Shown: positions 7,797-18,828, numbered from the stretch's first letter. The stretch: DNA of 27,803 nucleotides from Oscillospiraceae bacterium (GCA_009783605.1 WRDE01000001.1:1-27803), one strand, 5' to 3'. Notes: generated from the sequence alone by a model not told the origin. A program made the numbers and translations.

Positions 7797-7855
7797 TTTA
7801 GGGCTTAGGGGTTAAAAAGGGGTTTGATGCGTAATTTCTATTCCCTAACCCCTAT
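7797..7855 (+). repeat. Paired 7-bp arrays in inverted orientation (TTTAGGG/CTTAGGG/GTTAAAA; TCCCTAA/CCCCTAT)
   Basis: TAGGGCTTAGGG (7799-7810) is complementary at 11/12 positions to CCCTAACCCCTA (7843-7854). Confidence 0.7.
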
Positions 7856-7870
7856 AGTAGTGGTGACTGT

Positions 7871-10174
7871 ATGCTTTGTTCAAACTGTAAAAAACGCCCG
7901 GCGGTGGTTTTCATCACCCGGATGGAGGGGGATAAGACCACCAACGACGGGCTGTGCTTAAGCTGCGCCAAAACATTGGGGATCAAACCGGTCAACGATT
8001 TGATGTCCAAATTCGGCATATCGGATGAAGATATGGAGATGATGGACGAGCAGCTGGGAGAGATGATGGGGATACTGTCGGAGGACGAGGATTTCAGCCC
8101 CGGCGGCACCGGGACTTTTCCGCCGTTTTTGCAAAATTTGTTTGAAAAACACGATAAAGAGCGTCCCGGAGCGGAAGAAACGGCAAAATTAACCGGCGGC
8201 GATCCGAAATCAAAAACCGAATCCTCGGATAAAGAAAAAACCAAAGAGAACAAGAAAAAGGAAAAAAAGCGCAAATTTTTGCCCCAATACTGCGCCAACC
8301 TCACCGCTCAGGCCCGGAACGGGTCAATCACCCGGGTGGTGGGCCGGGAACGGGAGATCTACCGGGTGATGCAGATTTTGTCCCGCCGCACCAAGAACAA
8401 CCCCTGCCTGATCGGCGAACCGGGCGTCGGCAAGACTGCCATCGCCGAGGGGCTGGCGTTGCGGATCGCGGCCGGAAACGTCCCGCCGCGGCTGTTGGAC
8501 AAGGAATTGCATCTGCTGGATCTGACCGCGTTGGTGGCCGGCACCCAATTCCGCGGCCAGTTTGAGAGCCGGATCAAAGGGTTGGTGGACGAGGTCCGGG
8601 AAGAGGGAAATATCATCCTCTTTATTGATGAGGTACACAACTTAGTCGGCGCCGGCGACGCCGAGGGGTCGATGTCGGCCGCCAATATTTTAAAGCCGGC
8701 CCTTTCCCGGGGCGAGATACAGGTGATCGGCGCCACCACCTTCACCGAATACCGCAAACATATTGAGAAGGATTCGGCCCTCGAGCGCCGGTTCCAGCCG
8801 GTGACGGTGGAGGAGCCGTCGATTGACGATACGGTCAAAATGCTGTCCGGAATTAAAGAATATTACGAAGAATTTCATGGCGTGGTATTAGGCGACGAGG
8901 TGATACGCCAGGCGGTGGTATTGAGCGAGCGGTATATCACCGACCGGTTTTTGCCGGACAAAGCCATTGACTTAGTGGACGAGGCCTGCGCCGCCACCGC
9001 ATTGGAAAACCGCGATGCCGACCGGTATGCCGCGCTGATGAAAGAATTGAATGCGCTGCATACGATGGAGGAAACTGAACTGTCGGCCGAAGAGGTGGAC
9101 TATGAGCAGCTGGCGACGCTGCGGGCGGAGCTGATGCGGGCGGAGGCCGAATCGGCGGCGCTGAAAACCGCCGCTACCTCGGCACCGGTGACGCTGGCGC
9201 GGCTGGCCGACGTCATCGAGCTGTGGACCGGCATCCCCGCCTCCAAGGTACAGGAAAACGAGCTGTCCAAGCTGGCGGCGTTAGAGACTCATCTGCGGGA
9301 AAAGATTATCGGACAGGATGAGGCGGTAGCGGCGGTGGCGGCCGCCATCCGGCGTACCCGGGTCCAGATCTCCCCCCGCCGCCGGCCCGCGTCCTTCATT
9401 TTTGTCGGCCCCACCGGCGTCGGCAAGACCGAGTTGGTAAAGGTGCTGGCCGCCGAACTGTTCGATACGCCGGAGACGCTGATCCGGTTGGATATGTCGG
9501 AATTTATGGAAAAGCATTCGGTCTCCCGGATCATCGGCTCACCGCCGGGGTATGTGGGCTATGACGAAGCGGGCCAGCTGACCGAAAAGGTACGGCGAAA
9601 GCCCTATTCGGTGCTGCTGTTCGACGAAATCGAAAAGGCCCATCCCGACGTGCTGAACATTTTGCTGCAGATTCTGGACGAGGGCCGGGTTACCGACGCC
9701 CACGGACGGCGGATCAACTTTGAAAACACCGTGTTGGTCATGACCTCAAACGCCGGGTCGAAAAGCCAGGAGCTACTGATGGGATTTGGCCGCGGCAGCC
9801 GGGAGGCCTCCCGGGAAAAAGCCGAGCGGGCGCTGGCGGATCTTTTGCGCCCGGAATTTATCAGCCGGGTGGACGAGGTGGTGCATTTCGCCCCCCTCGG
9901 AGAACCGGAATACCGGAAGATCGCCGGGCTGATGCTGGAAGAGCTGCGCGGCCCGCTGGGTGAACGCGGCATCGGATTTGACTGGACCGAACAAGCGGTG
10001 GCGCTGCTGGCGCGGCAGGCGGCGGACGGCAAGCGCGGCGCCCGTGACCTGCGGATGGGGATCCGCCGGCAGGTAGAGGACCGGATCGCCACGCTGATGG
10101 TGGAGATGCCGGCGCAGCTCACCGGGTTGAAGGTGGCTGAGAGGGACGAAAAGATTGAGATTGAATATACATGA
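7871..10174 (+). CDS. ATP-dependent Clp protease ATP-binding subunit (Hsp100, ClpC/ClpE-type with N-terminal Zn finger)
   Basis: N-terminal CSNC...CLSC. Walker A motifs GEPGVGKT and GPTGVGKT. Pore loops GTQFRGQFE and PPGYVG. Walker B motifs FIDEVH and LFDEIEK. No Clp-N repeats. Confidence 0.95.
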   Translation: MLCSNCKKRPAVVFITRMEGDKTTNDGLCLSCAKTLGIKPVNDLMSKFGISDEDMEMMDEQLGEMMGILSEDEDFSPGGTGTFPPFLQNLFEKHDKERPGAEETAKLTGGDPKSKTESSDKEKTKENKKKEKKRKFLPQYCANLTAQARNGSITRVVGREREIYRVMQILSRRTKNNPCLIGEPGVGKTAIAEGLALRIAAGNVPPRLLDKELHLLDLTALVAGTQFRGQFESRIKGLVDEVREEGNIILFIDEVHNLVGAGDAEGSMSAANILKPALSRGEIQVIGATTFTEYRKHIEKDSALERRFQPVTVEEPSIDDTVKMLSGIKEYYEEFHGVVLGDEVIRQAVVLSERYITDRFLPDKAIDLVDEACAATALENRDADRYAALMKELNALHTMEETELSAEEVDYEQLATLRAELMRAEAESAALKTAATSAPVTLARLADVIELWTGIPASKVQENELSKLAALETHLREKIIGQDEAVAAVAAAIRRTRVQISPRRRPASFIFVGPTGVGKTELVKVLAAELFDTPETLIRLDMSEFMEKHSVSRIIGSPPGYVGYDEAGQLTEKVRRKPYSVLLFDEIEKAHPDVLNILLQILDEGRVTDAHGRRINFENTVLVMTSNAGSKSQELLMGFGRGSREASREKAERALADLLRPEFISRVDEVVHFAPLGEPEYRKIAGLMLEELRGPLGERGIGFDWTEQAVALLARQAADGKRGARDLRMGIRRQVEDRIATLMVEMPAQLTGLKVAERDEKIEIEYT

Positions 10175-10181
10175 GCAATTC

Positions 10182-10214
10182 ACAGCGGCTCCCTCCCGGA
10201 GCCGCTGTTTTTTT
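10182..10214 (+). terminator. Intrinsic terminator after clp
   Basis: ACAGCGGCTCC-N5-GGAGCCGCTGT followed by a T tract. Confidence 0.9.
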
Positions 10215-10215
10215 C

Positions 10216-10244
10216 TTGCCTTTTCTCCGCAGATGCGGTATACT
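10216..10244 (+). promoter_or_regulatory. Sigma-A promoter of the DUF975 / sulfatase-like genes
   Basis: TTGCCT-N17-TATACT. Confidence 0.7.
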
Positions 10245-10281
10245 GCAATGGATACATTTTATTTAAAAAGGGGGGACGGCG

Positions 10282-11004
10282 ATGTTTCCGCGGTCGATCT
10301 TAAAAGAGCGCGCCAAAACCATGCTGCGCCGTAATTATTGGATCTGTCTGGCGGCCTGTCTGATGCTGCAGTCAGGCGGGTTTATCCCGGGATTTTTCTT
10401 TCCCGCGGTTATCAACCCTTTTGAAAACTATGCGGACAAAATCTTCGCGAGCGATCCGGAGCTTTCGGTGCTGGTGCCGGTACTGTTGATATTCGCGGGA
10501 TTTATTCTGATCTTGTCCGTGGGTATCAGCATTTTTGTCATGAGTGTATTGGAAGTCGGGGTGGCAAAATTTTTTCTCCACGCTTCCGGCGGGCAGGATG
10601 ATCTGGGGTTTCTCTTTGCCGGATTCAAAAAACCGTTCTATTTCCCGATCGTCAAGGCGATGGCATGGCGGATGCTGATGACTTTTTTATGGTCGCTGCT
10701 TTTTATTATCCCCGGCATCGTAAAGAGCTACGCCTATTCAATGGTGCCCTATCTGCTGGCGGAGAATCCGGGCAGGACGCCGCGGGAAGCGCTGGCGGAG
10801 AGCGAGCGGCTTACCGACGGATTTAAGATGGAGCTGTTTGTGCTGGATCTCTCTTTTATCGGCTGGACGCTTCTGGGGATACTCGCCTGCGGCGTGGGGG
10901 TATTGTTTGTGACCCCCTATATACAGGCGGCTAAAGCCGAAGCGTATCAGCAGCTCAGAGGATCTCCATATACACCGCCGCCCTATCCCACCTATTCCAT
11001 ATGA
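10282..11004 (+). CDS. DUF975 family membrane protein
   Basis: LKERAKTMLRRNYW...TFLWSLLFIIPGIVKSYAYSMVPYLLAENP...EALAESERLTDGFKMELFVLDLSFIGW...FVTPY. Confidence 0.92.
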   Translation: MFPRSILKERAKTMLRRNYWICLAACLMLQSGGFIPGFFFPAVINPFENYADKIFASDPELSVLVPVLLIFAGFILILSVGISIFVMSVLEVGVAKFFLHASGGQDDLGFLFAGFKKPFYFPIVKAMAWRMLMTFLWSLLFIIPGIVKSYAYSMVPYLLAENPGRTPREALAESERLTDGFKMELFVLDLSFIGWTLLGILACGVGVLFVTPYIQAAKAEAYQQLRGSPYTPPPYPTYSI

Positions 11005-11033
11005 CAAAAACGAATGTAAAGGAATGAGTATAC

Positions 11034-13115
11034 ATGTTTACCGAAACCACCATCCGCCCGCGGGAACCCCGCCGGAATTATCTGGCGGCGGCGCTGCTGG
11101 TATCCGCAGCTTTCTCCTTCAACCTGATGGTGTTCGCGCCGTTGGACAGCTATCTCTCGAATGCCGCCGAATTCTGGTTCGGGCTGAATGATATCCTGCC
11201 GGTGGTCGGGCTGGCGTTTCTGGCGGTTTTCGCGGCCGGCTTTCTGCTGTGTTACCTGCTGCCCGGCCGGTTACGGTTAGTGGCGCTGGCGGTTACCTTT
11301 TCGGCGACGCTGGCGATGTATATACAGGGCAGCTTTTTGATGGGCGGTTATCCGCTGTTGGACGGCGAACCCATCGACTGGGGCGGGATGAAAACCACCG
11401 CTGTGTACAACACGCTGATCTGGCTCATCGTCTTTGCCCTGCCGATGGTGCTGGCATTTGCCCGGGAGAAAATGTTCAAAACCTTCGCCAGCGCCGTCAG
11501 CGGAATCATCATCGGCATCGGGGTGCTGACCCTGACCTTCTCGCTGGTCACTACCCCCTGGCCGACCGGCAACAACGTCTACCTCTCCACCGAGGGCCAG
11601 TTCAACATCCCCAAAAAGGGCGCCGTCGTCACCGTCCTGTCGGACACCTTTGAGAGCGGCTATCTCGAGCGGGCGCTGAAGGAATATCCTGAGCTGAAGG
11701 ATGATCTGGCCGGTTTCATCTTCTACCCCGATACCGCCGGCATATCCACCCTGACCTATCTGTCGATGGCGACGCTGATGACCGGCGAGGTGTTCCCGCT
11801 GGGCAAGGATATGAAATCCGGAATGGCCGATTGTTTCCAGAAAACCGGGTTTTACAGCCGGATGCGGGAATACGGCTATGACGTCCGGTATTATACCGAA
11901 AACAATTTTATGGACGAGAGCTATACCGGGGATATCGCCAACTTAGTCGCCGACAGCTCCTCCGCCAGCCCCGCTTCGGTCAAAATGGTCTCCAAATATC
12001 TGTATAAATACACGCTGTTCCGGGATATGCCCCATCTGCTGAAAAAATATTTTCTGGTGGACAACGCCGCGTTCGATTTTGCCCAGCGGCTGAGCGATTC
12101 GCCGATTTATTTAGTGGACGACGATGTGTTTTATGATACGCTGAAAAAAGACGGCGTCACCGCCGCGGGCGGTTCGGAATATATCCTCTACCATCTCAAC
12201 GGGATGCACGCGCCGAACACCCACGATAAAGACTTCCAAAAGGTCACGTATAAAGACGATGTCCCCTATGCCGAACGGCGGTATCAGGAGAGTCTCGGCC
12301 AGCTGACACTTTTCAAAGAATTTATCGCCCGGCTCAAAGCCGCCGGCTGTTATGACGATACCACCCTCATCTTCACCGCCGACCACGGACATCAGAACCG
12401 TTTCAACCCGGTATTTATGATCAAACCTGCCGGGGAAACCGCCCCGTTCCGGATCAATAACGCGCCGATTTCGTTGGTGACCGACTATCTGCCGCTGATC
12501 GAGGATCTCGCCGCCGGCCAGGGGCTGGAATCCGAATTTTTCGCCATCCCGGACAATCAGCCCCGGGACAGGTATGTCTATAACTACACCACCCGGGGCG
12601 GTTACGGCAAAACCGCCGTCAGCCGTTCAAAAATAAAGGTAGACGGCCATGCCGGCGATAAGGATGCCTATGTAGTCTGGCAGGACGAATATTTCGACAA
12701 CAGCGGCGCCCTCCCGGTCATCAAACCCGGAGATCCCATCCCGCTGACCGAGGACAGTGCCTATGCATTGGTGCTGGGATTCAGCGCCAAAAGCGCGCCG
12801 TTCTCCCGGACCGCGACCGTCACCTGCGATTTTGGCAGCGTACCGGAGCAGATGGACGCAAAATTGGCAGTCCAAAGGGTATTCGGCAGCAGCCAGCGGC
12901 TGAAAATCGAGGCCAACGGCTGCACCCTCTATGATGCCGCCGTCGCCGAAAGCGCCGTGTATGTCACCTTCAAAATAGGCCGTTCCGCTTTTAAGGACGG
13001 CAAGCTCACATTGGCGTTCACCTTCCCCGACGCGGTCAAAAATAACGACGACACCGAAATACTGGAACGGGTACGGTTCGATTCGTTTGTATTCGGGGAT
13101 TTGATATTGAAATAA
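11034..13115 (+). CDS. Membrane-anchored sulfatase-like hydrolase/transferase (alkaline phosphatase superfamily, LtaS-like architecture)
   Basis: About 5 N-terminal TM segments, then DTFES, TLTYLSMATLMTG (candidate catalytic Thr), YHLNGMHAP and FTADHG metal-binding motifs. Confidence 0.75.
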   Translation: MFTETTIRPREPRRNYLAAALLVSAAFSFNLMVFAPLDSYLSNAAEFWFGLNDILPVVGLAFLAVFAAGFLLCYLLPGRLRLVALAVTFSATLAMYIQGSFLMGGYPLLDGEPIDWGGMKTTAVYNTLIWLIVFALPMVLAFAREKMFKTFASAVSGIIIGIGVLTLTFSLVTTPWPTGNNVYLSTEGQFNIPKKGAVVTVLSDTFESGYLERALKEYPELKDDLAGFIFYPDTAGISTLTYLSMATLMTGEVFPLGKDMKSGMADCFQKTGFYSRMREYGYDVRYYTENNFMDESYTGDIANLVADSSSASPASVKMVSKYLYKYTLFRDMPHLLKKYFLVDNAAFDFAQRLSDSPIYLVDDDVFYDTLKKDGVTAAGGSEYILYHLNGMHAPNTHDKDFQKVTYKDDVPYAERRYQESLGQLTLFKEFIARLKAAGCYDDTTLIFTADHGHQNRFNPVFMIKPAGETAPFRINNAPISLVTDYLPLIEDLAAGQGLESEFFAIPDNQPRDRYVYNYTTRGGYGKTAVSRSKIKVDGHAGDKDAYVVWQDEYFDNSGALPVIKPGDPIPLTEDSAYALVLGFSAKSAPFSRTATVTCDFGSVPEQMDAKLAVQRVFGSSQRLKIEANGCTLYDAAVAESAVYVTFKIGRSAFKDGKLTLAFTFPDAVKNNDDTEILERVRFDSFVFGDLILK

Positions 13116-13140
13116 ATTTTAAAGCAGGATATACTGATAA

Positions 13141-14649
<1,509 letters not shown>

Positions 14650-14653
14650 TGAT

Positions 14654-14695
14654 AAAAAAATGCGGGACGGTTTTGGTGACCGTCCCGTTTTTTTA
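14654..14695. terminator. Bidirectional intrinsic terminator
   Basis: A tract-CGGGACGGT-N7-ACCGTCCCG-T tract between convergent genes. Confidence 0.88.
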
Positions 14696-15091
14696 TAGTC
14701 GTTCCACCATAAATCCCCATTGCACCCCGAACGCGTCGATAAACTGAACCGCCAGTTCACTATACGGTAATTTTTGCAATGCGTCTACCGTGATGCTGCC
14801 TTCTTTAAAAATTTCATAACAGGCCAACAATTCATCTTTATTTTGAAACACAATAATCAAATGAACGGCACAATTTGTTGATTTATCTTCATTTCCGAAC
14901 CGGTCATTCAAAAATACCGTTTGACCGTGGATATCCATGACCGCGTGAGCGATCCTGTTGTCGTTGGCGCATTCCTCCGGCGCAAAATCACGGTTGCGGA
15001 TGATGCCGTCCGCTTTTGTTTGGAACGCCTTTTCATATAAAGAAATTGCCCGGGCGCAGTCGCCGCAAAAGTGCAGATGTGGTATCAGCAT
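14693..15091 (-). CDS. VOC / PhnB-like glyoxalase superfamily protein
   Basis: LIPHLHFCGDCARAISLYEKAF...IAHAVMDIHGQTVFLND...FIDAFGVQW. Confidence 0.88.
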   Translation of the reverse strand: MLIPHLHFCGDCARAISLYEKAFQTKADGIIRNRDFAPEECANDNRIAHAVMDIHGQTVFLNDRFGNEDKSTNCAVHLIIVFQNKDELLACYEIFKEGSITVDALQKLPYSELAVQFIDAFGVQWGFMVERL

Positions 15092-15756
15092 AAAAAATTC
15101 CCCTTTATTTTCCCCGCAATCTCTCCCGCCGCCGTTTCCACAAATTCATCCATCTCGGCTTTTTTCATATACGGATATTCCCGGTCCAAATTGCCGTCGA
15201 AGCCTTTATAAAAACCCGTGATATACGCGATCTTCTTCTCAAAAGCCGCTTTTGAAAAATAATCCAGGTAGACATTGGGAAAAGCGGTAACGGCATCGAG
15301 GATGGCAAAAGCGCGGAAATCGGGGTGTTCCCGCAGATACAGGTGGTCGAGATCGTACCAGTCCCCCTTGAGCTGCCAGATAAACCCCGGATCCCGGGAA
15401 AATTCCGTCGCGTACCGCTCGAGACAGGGCAGATGGATCTCCCGGCTCCAGATATAATCGGTCAGCAGATGGGTGTAATAGCCTATATAAAAAGCGGCGG
15501 CATCCGGCTCCTGCGCCGCGTCAAGATACGTCTCCCGGAACCGCTCCGCCCGTTCGGCCCGCGGCACTCCCGTCAGCTTCCAGTGGGAAATTTCGGTGGG
15601 CGGCGTAAAAATCGTCCAATCCTCGTTCGGCTCCCCCGCATCCGGCGCGATGTTCCCGACGATGAAGTGTTTTTGCGGCAGATCGCCGATAAGTGCGGAC
15701 ATTCTGTCCGCCAGTAACTTGTCCGCGACCCGCAGATGCGCCATCCAGCTCGCCAT
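15085..15756 (-). CDS. Zinc-dependent phospholipase C family protein
   Basis: WMAHL, GNIAPD, ISHW and GYYTHLLTDYIW Zn-ligand pattern. Confidence 0.8.
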   Translation of the reverse strand: MASWMAHLRVADKLLADRMSALIGDLPQKHFIVGNIAPDAGEPNEDWTIFTPPTEISHWKLTGVPRAERAERFRETYLDAAQEPDAAAFYIGYYTHLLTDYIWSREIHLPCLERYATEFSRDPGFIWQLKGDWYDLDHLYLREHPDFRAFAILDAVTAFPNVYLDYFSKAAFEKKIAYITGFYKGFDGNLDREYPYMKKAEMDEFVETAAGEIAGKIKGNFLC

Positions 15757-15790
15757 AATGAACCCTCCGCTCCATAAATCTAAAAAACCA

Positions 15791-15819
15791 TTGACAGATA
15801 TGCAAAACCGTGGTACTAT
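15791..15819 (+). promoter_or_regulatory. Sigma-A promoter of the lipoprotein gene
   Basis: TTGACA-N17-TACTAT with extended TG. Palindrome GACTATT-GA-AATAGTC follows at 15827-15842. Confidence 0.8.
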
Positions 15820-15865
15820 TCCGTTAGACTATTGAAATAGTCAATCTGCTGTTTGGAGGACTTTT

Positions 15866-16939
15866 ATGATGAAAAAGATTCTTTTTGCCCTGCTGCTTAT
15901 ATCAATTGCCTGTACGTTGCTTTTTTCCTGCACCGACAAGAACGTTACAAGCTCTTTGAATTCCAGCGGCGAAAATACAACGCAAAGCGTTTCCGAACCC
16001 ACGAATTTCGACTATAAAAATGTCCCGAACGGGGTATTGAATTGGGACGAGTACGATTTCCCGTTCCCAAAACCTCCCGCCTCCCGCTTTGAAATGGCTG
16101 GCGGGGATAAAACGCTTTTTTGCTACGGGATGAATAAATCCACCTTCGACGAGTATAAATCCGTATTGAAAAAAGACGGCTGGCAGTTAGTCTGTTCCGA
16201 TACGGAAGGCCGGGAGGACCCTGACGACGCAGTATATTATTCGTATATTAAAGGGAATCAAACTATAAATATTGTCAATCAGGCTTTTTTTGACGGTGAC
16301 GGAGGCAATCATATTCGTATCGGATATATCGCGGGATACGCGGCGGAGCGCCGTTCGGGGGGAATATCAAAGAAAGACGCGCTCCCCCTGATCCAAGCCG
16401 CGATCGACGCAGATCCTGATGAGTACGAACAGGGAAAAAGGGCGGCCATCGTGGTGGAACTGCATATACCGAATGCCTTTGAAAAAGCGCAAATGCAGAT
16501 TTTTACGGCTTACGGGGAAAACACAACGTTTGGCAGCTTTATTATCAGGCGAGGCTATATACTGCGTGTTTTTGACGGCTTTTCAGATGTTTGCGTCGCG
16601 GATATCGATCATGACGGCGAATATGAGCTTATCAGTATGTTCGGGTGGGGTTCCGGTATCTATAGAATCCAGATAACCGCCTATAAATTCAAAAATCCGC
16701 CGGAGTTCAGCTCATTGACCGAGGTGGTTTATCCCGCATATGGGAACACCTGGGTCCCCGACGGTTATCTCGCGCTTAAAATGGTACAAATCAACGATAC
16801 CGACATAAAAATACTCGGAGGGGACTATGAGGAAAACGGCGAAATGAAGCTCACAGACGATTACGGATTGCTTAAAGTTGACGGTAAAAAGCTGGTTCCG
16901 GCCAATACGGAACATTTTCCGATTCGGGAATGGAATTGA
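15866..16939 (+). CDS. Hypothetical lipoprotein
   Basis: Basic N-terminus, hydrophobic core and lipobox LLFS-C. Ser/Thr-rich linker. ADIDHDGEYELI Ca-binding-like loop. SD GGAGG. Confidence 0.8.
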   Translation: MMKKILFALLLISIACTLLFSCTDKNVTSSLNSSGENTTQSVSEPTNFDYKNVPNGVLNWDEYDFPFPKPPASRFEMAGGDKTLFCYGMNKSTFDEYKSVLKKDGWQLVCSDTEGREDPDDAVYYSYIKGNQTINIVNQAFFDGDGGNHIRIGYIAGYAAERRSGGISKKDALPLIQAAIDADPDEYEQGKRAAIVVELHIPNAFEKAQMQIFTAYGENTTFGSFIIRRGYILRVFDGFSDVCVADIDHDGEYELISMFGWGSGIYRIQITAYKFKNPPEFSSLTEVVYPAYGNTWVPDGYLALKMVQINDTDIKILGGDYEENGEMKLTDDYGLLKVDGKKLVPANTEHFPIREWN

Positions 16940-17245
16940 TTATTTTCCCGGCTCCAGCGCGATCCCGGTTTCATACTTCCGGTTGTTGATCTCTTCTTTC
17001 AGCCGGATCGCCCGCTCCAGATCAATACTATAGCTGTTGGCGATGGCGATAATATAATACATAATATCCCACAGCTCCTCGTCGATGGTGCCTTTGATTT
17101 CACCATTGACGGGGCGCTTGTTTTCTCTCATTGCCTGCGCCAGTTCGCCCACCTCCTCCACCAATTTATAGAAACAGGCGCCCGCCATATCGGGATGATA
17201 ATCCTTTGATTTGATGTATTCCTGCAGATACCGGATCGTCAGCAC
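16940..17245 (-). CDS. MazG-like nucleotide pyrophosphohydrolase
   Basis: KLVEEVGELAQAM...IDEELWDIMYY (EExxE...EExD pattern). GTG start overlapping the upstream stop. Confidence 0.88.
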   Translation of the reverse strand: MLTIRYLQEYIKSKDYHPDMAGACFYKLVEEVGELAQAMRENKRPVNGEIKGTIDEELWDIMYYIIAIANSYSIDLERAIRLKEEINNRKYETGIALEPGK

Positions 17246-18012
17246 TTCCTCATCCCCTCCAACCGTTTCCCCCGCTCAAACGCGGCGGCCAAAAATTCTT
17301 CCGGAGACAGTCTCTCATAGCCCCCGTTCATGACCTCCAGCGCCGTCGGACCGGTGTATCCAGTTCCCGCGATGGATGCCATTATCGCCGGCCAGTCGGT
17401 GGTTCCGTCAAAGGGCAGCAGGTGCTGGTCGTCGCTGCCATCGTTGTCGTGGAGATGCAGCGCCATCAGCCGGGAGCCGTGCCGGCCCATCATATCGTCC
17501 CCGGGGTTGCGGCAGTTGTGGTGGCCGCTGTCATAGCAGAACCCGAGACGGGGGGAATTGATTTGATTCAGCACATAATCCAGATACGCGACATGCCGCA
17601 GGTTTTCCAGCGCTACATTGATCCCGAGCCGCTCGGCCTTTCCAACGACCCGGCTTATTCTGGATATCCCAAGTGGGTTATAGGACGGCGGATTTTCTCC
17701 GCCGGACAGGTGCACGATCATTGTAGGGATCTCAAACGCGGCGCAGTCGGTCACGCATTGCAGCAAACAATCGGTCAACGCCTCGCCGTCTATGTTGTCT
17801 AACCAAAGATTGTTTATACCGTCAAAGGGCGTATGGATATCCTCGACAAACAGCCCCGCCGCCCGGGCCAAAGCGGGGGATTCCCGGTAATCACCGCGGT
17901 CGAAATCCTCGCTCCACCACAGCAAAACCCCATCGAACCCGGCCTGCCGGATCATGCGGTACCGCTGCTTCATCGGGATTTCATAGCCGAACCAGTCGTA
18001 GATTGTCAGCAT
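17239..18012 (-). CDS. Sugar phosphate isomerase/epimerase family (AP endonuclease 2 TIM barrel)
   Basis: VALEN, FCYDSGH, LHLHDNDG, DQHLLPFDG and TALEV metal-binding motifs. Confidence 0.88.
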   Translation of the reverse strand: MLTIYDWFGYEIPMKQRYRMIRQAGFDGVLLWWSEDFDRGDYRESPALARAAGLFVEDIHTPFDGINNLWLDNIDGEALTDCLLQCVTDCAAFEIPTMIVHLSGGENPPSYNPLGISRISRVVGKAERLGINVALENLRHVAYLDYVLNQINSPRLGFCYDSGHHNCRNPGDDMMGRHGSRLMALHLHDNDGSDDQHLLPFDGTTDWPAIMASIAGTGYTGPTALEVMNGGYERLSPEEFLAAAFERGKRLEGMRKC

Positions 18013-18015
18013 GGT

Positions 18016-18828
18016 CTATTCCCCCTTCTTAACACCTAATCGCATCCGGTAACAAAAATCCACCGGCAGTGTCTTGTCGCCGAAATAGGTATCCACCGCC
18101 GCCCGGAAAGCAGCCAATTCTGCTTCGATCAGCGCCGGATTCCTTTTTAGAATAACCTGTGTGCCGCCCTGGGACAATGCGAACCGATAATACCGCTCCG
18201 CATCGCAGGGTTCGGTGTTGGCGAAAACGATCTCTCGCACATAGTAGAAATAACCGGACTTGCGGATATTTTCCAGATGCCCCGTTTTGGGATATCCGAT
18301 AAACCCGTCCCGATATTCCGGCACGTTCGCTTCGATGTCGTCAACATACTCATCCAATTTCTGATATGCCGCGTCTATGATGGCACCGCATACCGGCGGC
18401 CAGTCGCAGTCATACGCCGCGAAAACCCCGCCGGGTTTTAAAATCCGGTCTATCTCCCGCAGGGTCGACACCGGTTCCATCCAGTGGAAGGATTGGGAAC
18501 AGGTGACGATATCGGCGATCCCGTCCGCCAGCCCGGTATTGTCGGAAAAAGCGGAAACAAATACGATATTTTCCGCGCCCGCCGCGTTTGCCGTTGCCCG
18601 CGCCAGCATATCCTCATTCGGCTCAACACCGATAATAGTATCCGCCGCGTCCCGCCATACCAGTGTGGACAGCCCAGTGCCGCACCCCATGTCCACCACC
18701 GTCCGCGGGCGGTACCCAAGATAGCGGGTCAGCACCTCCACCACATAGGGCGGACAGGCCGGACGGGTGTTGTCATACAGCCCCGCGAAGCCATTAAACC
18801 GGTCGATGTTTTTATGCGCGTCAGTCAT
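18016..18828 (-). CDS. Class I SAM-dependent methyltransferase
   Basis: YDNTRPACP, VVDMGCGTGLST, IGVEPN, CSQSFHW, RILKPGGVF. Start corrected to 18828 (SD CAGGAG). Confidence 0.92.
   Translation of the reverse strand: MTDAHKNIDRFNGFAGLYDNTRPACPPYVVEVLTRYLGYRPRTVVDMGCGTGLSTLVWRDAADTIIGVEPNEDMLARATANAAGAENIVFVSAFSDNTGLADGIADIVTCSQSFHWMEPVSTLREIDRILKPGGVFAAYDCDWPPVCGAIIDAAYQKLDEYVDDIEANVPEYRDGFIGYPKTGHLENIRKSGYFYYVREIVFANTEPCDAERYYRFALSQGGTQVILKRNPALIEAELAAFRAAVDTYFGDKTLPVDFCYRMRLGVKKGE

Noticed and set aside
7797-7855. Telomere-like TTAGGG/CCCTAA motifs
   Set aside because: The period is 7, not 6, with only 2-3 units; they belong to the heptamer array family.
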